DNA of 64,000 bases from a virus (taxonomy: Duplodnaviria > Caudoviricetes): the IMG/VR virus record IMGVR_UViG_3300044266_000349, positions 1 through 64,000 of that record. One strand, written 5' to 3'. A program made the position numbers and the translations under genes. The notes below the pieces were generated by a model. That model did not search any database. It was not told where the DNA came from and saw only the letters and a program-made list of their open reading frames with translations. Below are positions 35,068 through 45,600 of the stretch, in pieces. Each line of letters begins with the position of its first letter. The stretch's first letter is position 1.

Positions 35068-37149
35068 ATGGCCGGTGCAAATTCAAATATCCAAATGACC
35101 GATTTGGATTTTAACACGATCAAAAATAATCTCAAAACATATCTACAATCACAAGATGTTTTGAAAGATTATAATTTTGAAGGTTCCGCACTTGCAACTT
35201 TGTTGGATGTTTTGGCATACAACACGCAATATAATGCATACTATTTAAATATGGTTGCAAATGAAATGTTTTTGGATACCGCAGTGCAAAGAAATTCAGT
35301 GGTTTCACAGGCAAAAGTTTTAAATTATGTACCGCAATCTGTGAGAGCTCCAACTGCCACAATCAATTTGACTGTACACCAAGTCACCGACGCATCATTA
35401 ACGCTGCCAGCTGGAACACCATTTCTTTCCGAGTCGATAGATGGCGTCAATTATAATTTTGTAACGTCAGATTCTACAACAGTCGGTGTATCCAACAATA
35501 CGGCTGAATTTACTGATATTGAATTGAAACAGGGTATTTTAGGAACAACCTACTACGCAGTCAATTTTGATACAAATCCAAAATGTCTATTTCAATTACC
35601 ACAAAGTAATATAGATACTTCCACACTGAAAATTTTGGTACAAGAGTCTTCTTCTAACGGATCTGTTACAACTTTCACACAATCATCAAATTATTTAACT
35701 TTAAATGGTGATTCAACCGTATATTTTTTGCAAGAAGGGTTGAATGGATTATATGAAGTTTATTTTGGTGATGGAATATTAGGTAAAAAATTAAAAAATG
35801 GTAATATTGTTATCGCTTCATATGTCACAACACAAGGACAATTATCTGCTGGAGCTAACAATTTCGTATTGATGGGTTCAATATCGGGTTATGCGAACAC
35901 AACTATTTTTCCTGTGACTTCTGCTACGCAAGGTTCCGACAAGGAAAGTATAAGTTCTATTAAATTCCAAGCACCAAAATCATATTCTGCACAAGGTCGT
36001 GCCGTAACCAAAGAAGATTATATCACAGCTATACAACAAAACAAACAAGGCTATCCTGTTGATGCCGTCAGTGTATGGGGTGGAGAACAAAACGATCCGC
36101 CAGTTTACGGGCAAGTTTTTGTGGCTATTAAACCTTCTGGCGGTTATGTATTGACAGACACACAGAAACAAAGACTGATAGATGATGTTATTAATCCAAT
36201 TTCTGTTGTCACAGTACGACCAACAATCGTTGATCCTGATTACACCTATCTTAAACTCACAACAAATGTTCTGTATGATACCAAAAAAACAACCAGAACA
36301 TCACAACAAATACAATCAGTTATTAAGTCGGCCATTAGTAATTTTGCCGCAAGTACACTGAATAGTTTCAATTCGACATTTTCATCAGCAGATTTAAATG
36401 CAAGTGTTCGTGTTGCAGACCCATCAATCGTTGCAAACGAAACAAATGTACAAATACAGAAAAAAATATTACCTAATTTTGGAAGTTCAACAACATACAA
36501 GTTATATTTTGGTACTGAATTGAAGAAAGGTATGTTCCAGAGTGGTATTAGCAGTTATCCTGCATTACAGTTTAGAAGCCCATTGAATGCGGCAGTTACA
36601 ATCGACGGGGTTTACATTGAAGAATTGCCAGTATCAACTGGAGGTATTGAATCTATACTTGTAACAAATCCAGGATTCGGTTATCAAACAACACCAACAG
36701 TTAAAATAGTTGGTGACGGAACAGGTGCCACAGCAGTAGCAGTATTGAATACGAATGGCAGTATTAAACAAATCAATGTGACTGCAAAAGGTTCAGGTTA
36801 TACTAGCGCAATCATCAGTATCACTCCAGCCGACAACGATACCACAGGAAGTTTGGGTGCCGCTGTTGCAAGTCTTGAGGGCCAATATGGTACATTGAGA
36901 TTGTACTACAACGACACAAATAATGTAAAGACTGTTTTCAATAGTAATATCGGAACAATTGATTATGTCAATGGCGTAATAACACTTAATGATTTTAATC
37001 CAATTGGTGTTTCTGACCCATTAGGTCAACTGTCAATCACTGCTAATCCAGCAACGACAATTATTTCTTCATCATACAATCGTATCATTACAGTAGACGA
37101 ATTTGATCCTACTGCAATCACAGTTAATGCTACTGCTAAATCGTCATGA
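35068..37149 (+). CDS. gp6: baseplate wedge subunit
   Basis: LDF..IK.NLK.YL..Q...KDY.FEGS.L..LLD.LAYNT.Y; QGRAVT..DY. Confidence 0.95.
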   Translation: MAGANSNIQMTDLDFNTIKNNLKTYLQSQDVLKDYNFEGSALATLLDVLAYNTQYNAYYLNMVANEMFLDTAVQRNSVVSQAKVLNYVPQSVRAPTATINLTVHQVTDASLTLPAGTPFLSESIDGVNYNFVTSDSTTVGVSNNTAEFTDIELKQGILGTTYYAVNFDTNPKCLFQLPQSNIDTSTLKILVQESSSNGSVTTFTQSSNYLTLNGDSTVYFLQEGLNGLYEVYFGDGILGKKLKNGNIVIASYVTTQGQLSAGANNFVLMGSISGYANTTIFPVTSATQGSDKESISSIKFQAPKSYSAQGRAVTKEDYITAIQQNKQGYPVDAVSVWGGEQNDPPVYGQVFVAIKPSGGYVLTDTQKQRLIDDVINPISVVTVRPTIVDPDYTYLKLTTNVLYDTKKTTRTSQQIQSVIKSAISNFAASTLNSFNSTFSSADLNASVRVADPSIVANETNVQIQKKILPNFGSSTTYKLYFGTELKKGMFQSGISSYPALQFRSPLNAAVTIDGVYIEELPVSTGGIESILVTNPGFGYQTTPTVKIVGDGTGATAVAVLNTNGSIKQINVTAKGSGYTSAIISITPADNDTTGSLGAAVASLEGQYGTLRLYYNDTNNVKTVFNSNIGTIDYVNGVITLNDFNPIGVSDPLGQLSITANPATTIISSSYNRIITVDEFDPTAITVNATAKSS

Positions 37150-39992
37150 TAAACAGTAATCAAAAAACATCAATACTCGTACCAACACAGTTGCCCGAAT
37201 TTATTCGGGACAATCCGGACTATTCCAATTTTGTTTTATTCATCAAGGCTTACTACGAATGGATGGAACAGAACGGGCAAGTAACCGAACGTTCTAAAAA
37301 TTTATTAAATTATAAAGACGTTGATAAAACAACAAGTGAGTTCATTGATTATTTTACAAACGATTTCTTACCATATTTTCCAAAAGATGTATTGGTAGAT
37401 GAAGCCAAGGCGGTAAAATTTGCAAGAGAATTGTATCAGTCAAAGGGTACACCAGGTTCATATGAATTCCTGTTCCGTGTATTGTATGACTCATCATTCG
37501 ATATATTTTATACAAGAGATGCCGTACTCAGAGCCTCCGATGGTGTCTGGTATGTTGCCAAAAGTTTGAAATTAAATTCAAGCGATTTAAATTTTCTAAA
37601 GACTAAGAATCTGAGAATCTTAGGTGAGACAACAAAGTCTATTGCTACAATAGAAAATACGGTTGTTGCAAAAAATAAAATAGAAGTTTTTATTTCTAAC
37701 ATCGAACGTTTGTTTCAATCTGGAGAATTTGTACGTGTAGTTGACAATAAGAATCAAGACGTTCTTTTTAATGGATCACCTCTTCGCGCAAAAATTGTAG
37801 GTCAAATAAGTCAAATACTTATCAATCCCAAGAACAGAGGATTGGCCTATAAAATTGGCGACCCGGTTATAGTTTATGATGGCTTATCATCAAACACCGG
37901 CATAGGTGCAACAGCTCAAGTCAGTGAAGTTACCACAGGATCAGTTAAAAAAGTTACCGTCTTAACTGGTGGCCAAGGTTTTTCTGCATCAAATGTTTAC
38001 CCATCTAATACACAATTAGAATTTACGGTCTTCGACGAAGACGCACAGAAACCTATAGCTATTGTTGGTTCTCTTGACCCGAATGGTGCGAACTCTAGAA
38101 CCATAAACTTCATAGCGTCAGATACAATTGCATTGAAAAAAGATATACCAATCGGTAACAATCATTATTATTTTGCTGCCAATCTAACTGCAAACATTTC
38201 ATGCTCTTTGGCCAATGCGCTTTCGTTTTTAACACTTACAACTTATCCATTATCTTCTATTGTAGTTACAAATGGTGGTGGCGGTATCACTACCAAACCA
38301 TCATTAGAAGCTAGATCGCTGTACGGTACCGATACACAACAGGGTTCTAATCTGAAGAACCTTGGCATATTAGGTAAAATTAAAGTTGTCAATGGTGGTT
38401 TGGGATATCAAAACAATGATCCGATAGTGTTTACAGGCGGTTCAGGATATGGTGCATCAGCCAGAGTTAGTTCTGTCAATGCGGCCGGTGGAATTATTAA
38501 TGTATCATTTTATGCAACGACCAGCAAGTATCCTATTGGTGGTATGGGTTATAAACCAGAATGGATGCCATCTGTAACTGTAAATTCAGCAAATGCGAAT
38601 GCCACGGGCGCCATATTAACCACAACAGGAATTCTTGGCGACGGCGCAACATTCGACATGGTTCTTGACAGAGCAGGTTCAATTACAAAAATTAATGTGA
38701 TTGATGGCGGTGAAGATTACATTGCAACACCAAATGTTTCTATAAGAGTACAGGATATCTTAGTAACAAACGTATCCATATCACTGTTACCACAAAAAGG
38801 TGAGTTTGTTTATCAAGGTAACAACGCAAACAACACCATCTACCAGTCGTATGCAGATTCTATGGAATTATTGGTGCCTGATGTGAATCCAAGCAAATCA
38901 CTATACAAGATGCGAGTATATAATTATAACGCAGCACCAAATCCAAATTACACAATCAAAATACAAAATAAGAATATCAATTTTGTGATGGCAAATACAG
39001 ATTGGAAGCCATCGGGTTATACAAAATCGGTATATGATAAGACTGGTGTCAGAACATATGGTGACGGAACAGCAAAGGCAAATGCATCGTTCTTAAATGG
39101 TCTTGTACTAAGCCAAGGCCAATATTTGAATTCTCAGGGTAGATTGTCTTCTTTCTCCAAATTGGAAAGTGAAGATTATAACAACTACACCTATGAGATC
39201 ACCGTACAAAAAGAAATTTCAAAATACAGAGATGTATTATTGAACTTGTTGCATCCAACTGGCATGAAATTAATTGGCCGTTACGGCAACGTTGTGGACC
39301 AAGAGTTCAATCTCCATGCAGAAAGTGCTCTGAAAACAGGACGAAATCTATATTCGTATACCGGAACAGCAGCATCTGCAATACAAATTTATGCAGATTG
39401 GACACACAAGAGTAATAATATACTCAATTTTGTGAACTTGAGTGGCGCAAACCTGGCAAATATTATTTTTGCAAACAGTACACTTTCATTGAACACTCTA
39501 ACTGGTCCAGACATTCAAACAGAAATACAGTCGATTGATGCCGCAAACAACCAAGTAAAAATAACCAGTAACGTATGGTTAACGTTTATGAATGTTGCAT
39601 ATGTCAGTGCAAATGCTGGTTCGAATGTCATAAATATTAAAACTGTTACCAACTCATATGATTTAGTAAACAATGGAAATTATAGTAATACAATGTATCC
39701 TATGATGGATATTGTATTCTCAGGTGACAATATCAAGATAGGTAACACAGTCAAACAAGTAGATTATGTCGATATTGCACACAATAAAATTTATGTTGCA
39801 AATACTTTTGCTGCAAATATAACAAACTCATTAATGTCGGTGAACAGAATATTGACTGCTGGCGGACAGTTGCCGCGACAAGATGAAATTATCATTTATG
39901 GACCGGTGGGTACACAATACACACCTCAATTGACGACAGAGGCAGGAGACTTAATCACAACTGAAGACGGAAGAATTCTAATATTGGGGTAA
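37146..39992 (+). CDS. gp7: baseplate wedge initiator
   Basis: QLPEFIR.....FV.F.KAYYEW; LYQSKGT..SY.FLFR.LY; LLHPTG; order gp6-gp7-gp8. Confidence 0.75.
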   Translation: MINSNQKTSILVPTQLPEFIRDNPDYSNFVLFIKAYYEWMEQNGQVTERSKNLLNYKDVDKTTSEFIDYFTNDFLPYFPKDVLVDEAKAVKFARELYQSKGTPGSYEFLFRVLYDSSFDIFYTRDAVLRASDGVWYVAKSLKLNSSDLNFLKTKNLRILGETTKSIATIENTVVAKNKIEVFISNIERLFQSGEFVRVVDNKNQDVLFNGSPLRAKIVGQISQILINPKNRGLAYKIGDPVIVYDGLSSNTGIGATAQVSEVTTGSVKKVTVLTGGQGFSASNVYPSNTQLEFTVFDEDAQKPIAIVGSLDPNGANSRTINFIASDTIALKKDIPIGNNHYYFAANLTANISCSLANALSFLTLTTYPLSSIVVTNGGGGITTKPSLEARSLYGTDTQQGSNLKNLGILGKIKVVNGGLGYQNNDPIVFTGGSGYGASARVSSVNAAGGIINVSFYATTSKYPIGGMGYKPEWMPSVTVNSANANATGAILTTTGILGDGATFDMVLDRAGSITKINVIDGGEDYIATPNVSIRVQDILVTNVSISLLPQKGEFVYQGNNANNTIYQSYADSMELLVPDVNPSKSLYKMRVYNYNAAPNPNYTIKIQNKNINFVMANTDWKPSGYTKSVYDKTGVRTYGDGTAKANASFLNGLVLSQGQYLNSQGRLSSFSKLESEDYNNYTYEITVQKEISKYRDVLLNLLHPTGMKLIGRYGNVVDQEFNLHAESALKTGRNLYSYTGTAASAIQIYADWTHKSNNILNFVNLSGANLANIIFANSTLSLNTLTGPDIQTEIQSIDAANNQVKITSNVWLTFMNVAYVSANAGSNVINIKTVTNSYDLVNNGNYSNTMYPMMDIVFSGDNIKIGNTVKQVDYVDIAHNKIYVANTFAANITNSLMSVNRILTAGGQLPRQDEIIIYGPVGTQYTPQLTTEAGDLITTEDGRILILG

Positions 39993-39995
39993 AAA

Positions 39996-41210
39996 ATGTC
40001 CACAGTAAAAATTACAGAATTACCAGCAATCACTCACCTTAACGCGAACACATCAAACACATTGTTTGTTGGTGTGGATATTCCTTCAGGTGCCACTGGT
40101 AAAATTAGTGCCACAGTGCTTGCACACGGTTTATATTCTAATAATGCATTGAATGTTGGTAACAATGATATACTATTCCCTGGTGTTATTGGTCAGTTTG
40201 CCAGCAATAATGAAAATTATCTACAAATCAACCTGCAAAACCTAAAAGGAAATGGGTCATCAGATTTTGTTGCAACAGCTGATATCGGAACAGACACCAT
40301 TTATTTCACTGATTTAGGTATACAAGGTTCAACAGATACAACTGGAACATTGAAGCCACTTGACGGTTATTTGATTGTACAAGGAAATACGGCTGCCACA
40401 CCAGGCGGTAATTTGATTGTAGGTGCAGCAACACCAAGTAAAGATATCTTGTTTGTACAAGGTGGTTATGACGCAAATAACATTGTTGCTAAATTTTCTT
40501 ACAGTTCTGGATTACAATTACTACAAAAACCGTTGACATTTGCTGACGGCACCACACAAAATACATCAGTTGCAGCCACAGCAGTCGCTGCAAATACACC
40601 AAGTTCTGTTGCAAATACAGGATTATTAGTTGCTACCGCTGCTTTCGTAGAAGCTAACGCAGCATTTTTACGGGCAAATACACCAAGTTCTGTTGCAAAC
40701 TCTGCGGCTCTGTATGCAAATGGATCTTTTACACAAGCTAATGCTGCATTTAGTAAAGCAAATAACGCACTTGCAAATACCACAGGAACATTTGCTGGTT
40801 CATTAACTGTCACTGGTACAATTTCAACTGGAAATGTTACTATCAATAATGGTGTGGTGGTAAATGATGCTGGATTATTCCAATATACGACAGCAAACAA
40901 TTCAACTGTTACACAAGCAACAAGTAAATCTACAGCAGTTACATGTAACGGAAGAACTGGCCAAATTACAACGAACAATGCATCGTTAGCAAAAGGCGCT
41001 ACAGTTTCTTTTACAGTAAATAATGCTCAAATTGTGAGTGCAAAAGATGTTGTGATTGTCAACATATCTTCTGGCGCCACATCTTCTTCTTATACAATTT
41101 GTGTTGATGCCGTTGCAATAGGATCTTTTAGTATTTCTATTACAAACAACGGAGCAGGACCTTTAGCGGAAGCATTAGTAATTAATTATGCAATCATCCG
41201 TGTACAATAA
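39996..41210 (+). CDS. baseplate-associated fibre-like protein
   Basis: MSTVKITELP N-terminus; ANAAF helical repeats. Confidence 0.7.
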   Translation: MSTVKITELPAITHLNANTSNTLFVGVDIPSGATGKISATVLAHGLYSNNALNVGNNDILFPGVIGQFASNNENYLQINLQNLKGNGSSDFVATADIGTDTIYFTDLGIQGSTDTTGTLKPLDGYLIVQGNTAATPGGNLIVGAATPSKDILFVQGGYDANNIVAKFSYSSGLQLLQKPLTFADGTTQNTSVAATAVAANTPSSVANTGLLVATAAFVEANAAFLRANTPSSVANSAALYANGSFTQANAAFSKANNALANTTGTFAGSLTVTGTISTGNVTINNGVVVNDAGLFQYTTANNSTVTQATSKSTAVTCNGRTGQITTNNASLAKGATVSFTVNNAQIVSAKDVVIVNISSGATSSSYTICVDAVAIGSFSISITNNGAGPLAEALVINYAIIRVQ

Positions 41211-41223
41211 TAAATAAAACATT

Positions 41224-42630
41224 ATGGCAAAAAAATCACTACTCACGTACAATGCAAAAGTAAGTTCTGTTGAGCAGGCTTACTTTTTTCCTTCTGCCGT
41301 ATTACCATATGCAACGAGTATCAACTTAGGAACGGTATATTGTTTCTTGGCCAGCACATTGCCGTGGGCTGACGATAATGATCCGCCAGTACCAACGCAA
41401 GATCAAAAATATATCAAACAGGTATTCAAAAATATTTTTGCGACTAAGAGAATAACTTCTGGTGACATATCTCCTGTTGTTGAAAGAATAAATTGGACAA
41501 CAGGTACTGTATATGATTACTATCAAGACGATGTTGATATGTTGAATCGTGACGAAAATGGTTTACTGTACAAAAAATTCTATGTAAAAAATCGTTACGA
41601 CCAAGTATTCAAGTGCCTCTGGAATAATAATGGTGGTACTGTATCGGATGAACCATACTTTGAACCAGGAACATATAGCACCAATAATATTTACACAGGC
41701 AGTGATGGGTATAAATGGAAATACATGTACACCATCGATACTGGTTTAAAGGTAAAGTTTATGGATGCCGAATGGATTCCAATTCCTATTGGTGCAAACA
41801 CTCCAAATCCAGAAACAACTTCTGCTGGTGCAGGCAGTATTGATGTAGTAAACGTATTGAATGGTGGTTCAGGATATGATGCCGCAAATTCAGTTATAAA
41901 GGTGACAATTCTTGGTGACGGATCTAACGCCGAAGCCACACTAAGTTCTTCTCAAATTGTAAATGGAGTAATTACTGATATCAGTATCACCAATCCTGGT
42001 AAAAATTACACCTACGCAAACGTGGTGATTACAGGGACGGCTGCCAACGGATCTTCTATGGGCGCAGGCGCAGTAGCAATTTCACCAACATCACCAGTAG
42101 GTGGGCATGCATTTGATCCTGTTTCAGAATTAGGTTGTGCTCATGTGATGTTCAGTGTAGAATTTATCAGGGACGAAGGTGGAAAAATCCCAACCGATAA
42201 TAACTATTATCAAATAGGTTTGATTATAAACCCAACAACTAAAGATCAACCTTCTATACCGGCCAACAGTTCTGTGTACAGAACTACTACAAACATGGTG
42301 GTTGCACCAGGTTTTGGTACATACTCTGATGATGAATTTGTGTTCCAAACACCTACACCTGGCGGATCAATTGATGCTGCAACATTTAAAGCCACAGTAT
42401 TGAGTTTTGATACAGCAACCAATACGGTAAAGTTAATAAATATGGTCGGCACTCCAGTTTTAAATGCTCCTCTATACGGAAATTCTTCAGGAACAACAAG
42501 AACGTTACTGTCTGTAGATGCACCAACATATTCATTGTTATCTGGTTATATGACTTACATAGAAAACAGAAGTGGTGTACAAAGAAGCCCAGACGGTATA
42601 GAACAATATAAATTTGTACTAGGTTACTAA
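41224..42630 (+). CDS. gp8: baseplate wedge subunit
   Basis: RINW.TG.VYD.Y; QVFKCL.NN.G..S..EP; DGYKWKYMY; IENRS...RS.D..E..K.VL.Y. Confidence 0.88.
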   Translation: MAKKSLLTYNAKVSSVEQAYFFPSAVLPYATSINLGTVYCFLASTLPWADDNDPPVPTQDQKYIKQVFKNIFATKRITSGDISPVVERINWTTGTVYDYYQDDVDMLNRDENGLLYKKFYVKNRYDQVFKCLWNNNGGTVSDEPYFEPGTYSTNNIYTGSDGYKWKYMYTIDTGLKVKFMDAEWIPIPIGANTPNPETTSAGAGSIDVVNVLNGGSGYDAANSVIKVTILGDGSNAEATLSSSQIVNGVITDISITNPGKNYTYANVVITGTAANGSSMGAGAVAISPTSPVGGHAFDPVSELGCAHVMFSVEFIRDEGGKIPTDNNYYQIGLIINPTTKDQPSIPANSSVYRTTTNMVVAPGFGTYSDDEFVFQTPTPGGSIDAATFKATVLSFDTATNTVKLINMVGTPVLNAPLYGNSSGTTRTLLSVDAPTYSLLSGYMTYIENRSGVQRSPDGIEQYKFVLGY

Positions 42631-42639
42631 GGGAAAAAA

Positions 42640-45600
42640 ATGCTGAATTTTAATGTCAAGCCATATTACGATGATTTCGATGAAACAAAAAACTATCATC
42701 GTGTCCTTTTTAAACCAGGTTTTGCCGTTCAAGCACGTGAGTTGACTCAGGCACAAACAATATTACAAAATCAAGTCACTAAATTTGCCGACCATATCTT
42801 TGCACAAAATTCTCCCGTTTCTGGTGGCCAACTTACAGTCAATACAAATTGTTATTATGTAAAATTGCAAGACACTTACAATGGTGTTTCTGTTGATATT
42901 CAACAATTCAAAGGTCTATTAGTTAAAAATAATAATGGTTCTGTTCTTGCTCGCGTTATTGCAATAGCTGATGCAACAGGCGGTGATCCTCCTACACTGG
43001 TACTTTCTTATCTAAGTGGACCAAAATTTGCCGATAATGATATCGTCTACGATGTTAATTCCAATTTGGCGGCTCGCGCATTACTTACCGGATCCACTGG
43101 TGTAAGTTCGACAGCCCACATCACACAAGGTGTATTCTATGTGTTGGGCAACTTTGTATCAAATATTGAAGATACGGTTATTCTTTCCAAATATAGTTCT
43201 GTACCATCCGTTCGTGTTGGTCTGAACATCAATGAAACAATCCACGATTATGTGGATGACTCTTCACTACTAGATCCTGCGGTTGGTGCATCCAATTATC
43301 AAGCACCAGGTGCAGACCGTTACATGATTCAACTGACGTTGGAAACCAGACCTATTGCGTTTGGTGACGATCAGACATTCATCGAACTTCTTCGTATAGA
43401 AAATGGCCAAATTGTACGTAAGGTAGACAGTTCGGTATATTCAGTCATCGATGACTACTTTGCAAAAAGAACTTACGATACCAACGGTGATTATGTTGTC
43501 AACGATTTTAGTTTGGTAACAAAAACAAACGACGATCCAACAAAATACACCATGAACATTGGCAAAGGTATAGCCTATGTTCACGGATACCGCATTGAAA
43601 ACCAGAGCACATTGGGATTAGCATCTAACCGCGCAAGAGATACTGCTGCACAAAATAATAATCCTGTTTATGTGGACTACGGAAGTTATTTGTATGTCAA
43701 CAATCTTCGTGGTGCAAATGGTTCCGTTTTTGATGTTTCAACCACACAAGCCATCGATCTACATTGTGTATCAGTAGCAAACATTAATTCTACAAATACT
43801 GCCACATATAATGCGACAGTAGTATCGAGTGGTTACGTTCGCGGTTTAACTTTCGATAACTACACATCACAATCGGATGCAAATAGTTATACATATAAAG
43901 CTTTCGTTAATGACCTTCAAAATGCAGTTGCAACAGCAAACGCAATCGCTGGCGGTACCAACACAATCACATTGCCTGGAACTTATTCAACCACAAGCAA
44001 TGCATATCTTGGTGTAACGATCTCGATTACTGCTGGCCCATCAGCCGGAGATTTCAGAACGATTGCATCATATAACGGAGCAACCAGAGTTGCCACAGTT
44101 AATAGCCCTTGGACAACAACACCAAACACTGCATCCGTATTTGCATTGAATTTTGCTTTGAGTGATGCAGAATCGATGGTCACCTCCAACACTGCACACT
44201 ATATCCTTTCGAGTGCTGCACTGTCAACCACACAAGGTCGTAGCAACGGTACATCATCAGGTGATGCGATTTTACAAAATCCTAATGTGCCAGAAATGTT
44301 GTTCCATGTAGGCATGCCATACGTATCATACTTGGCAGACAGTTCATACACCGCCACACAAATGTTCCGTGGCATTACGTTCACATCATCTGGTAGCAAT
44401 TTGGTTGCACAATTACCATTTGGTGGTGATTACACTAATGTCATGCGACATTTAGGTACCGGTGGTACTACGTTGTCGGCAGATACAGTTACACAAAACT
44501 TCTTAGTGGTAGTAACAAATAAAGGATCCAGCAATTATAATGTTGGTGATCTGTTGCCCTGGACAATTAATAGCAGAACAGTTACATTAAATTCGGACGG
44601 ATCTATTGCCACGTTGACAGGCACATCAGCCGATCTTGGTGGAACATTTACAGCAACAGTTATTGTTAAGGCCTTTGTATCAAATGCAGACAACACTGGT
44701 CATATTCTGAAGAGAAAAAATCTAATCACTGCAAACACACAGAAAGTTATCTCTTCATCAAATACTGCCGTGAACAATGGAACATACACATACATTGATG
44801 ACACAGCTCTCACATCTTCAGGTCAAGTCTACATTCAAAATGCAGGCCTTGTTTCTCCAGGAAGCAAGCAGAGTTTATATGTGTCTGATGTTAAAAAGAT
44901 CATTAAGATTATTGATACTAAAAATGCAAACAACACACCTAACGTAGCCATGTTGACTGATTCCAGTTACGATGTGACACGTAATTTTATATTTGACAAT
45001 GGTCAAAGAGATAGTTTCTACGATCACGCCTCAGTTAAATTAAAAGTAGGTGCACCAAAAATACAAGGTAACATGCTTGTATTGATGGATTATTATCAGC
45101 ACACAGGCGGCGATGGTTATTTCAGTGTCATGTCTTATTTGAATTCTTCTCTACCAGAAGATTATCGTGAAATTGGAACATACACCGCAAAGAGTGGTGC
45201 AACGTACCAACTCAGAGATTCTCTAGATTTCAGACCATCTAGACAAAACGGCGTTTACTCTTTTGCTTTCCGTTATTCAAATTCGGGTGACACACAGCGT
45301 TATGGTACAATATTACCATTAGAAGACTCAACGTTTATCACTGATTACCAATACTATTTGGCTCGTAAAGACAAATTGGTATTAAGTAAAGACAGAAGCT
45401 TCCAAATTGTGGAAGGTTCTTCTTCTATCAATCCTATTTTTCCACCAGAGCCAGACAATTCTCTACTGATTGCAAATATCATACATGATCCATATACAGG
45501 TTATTTGCCGTCAGAAGCTCCTGCTGGTGTCAAGCCAAATATTTCAATTGAGCCAATCAAACACAAACGATACACAATGCAGGACATTGCAGCTATCGAT

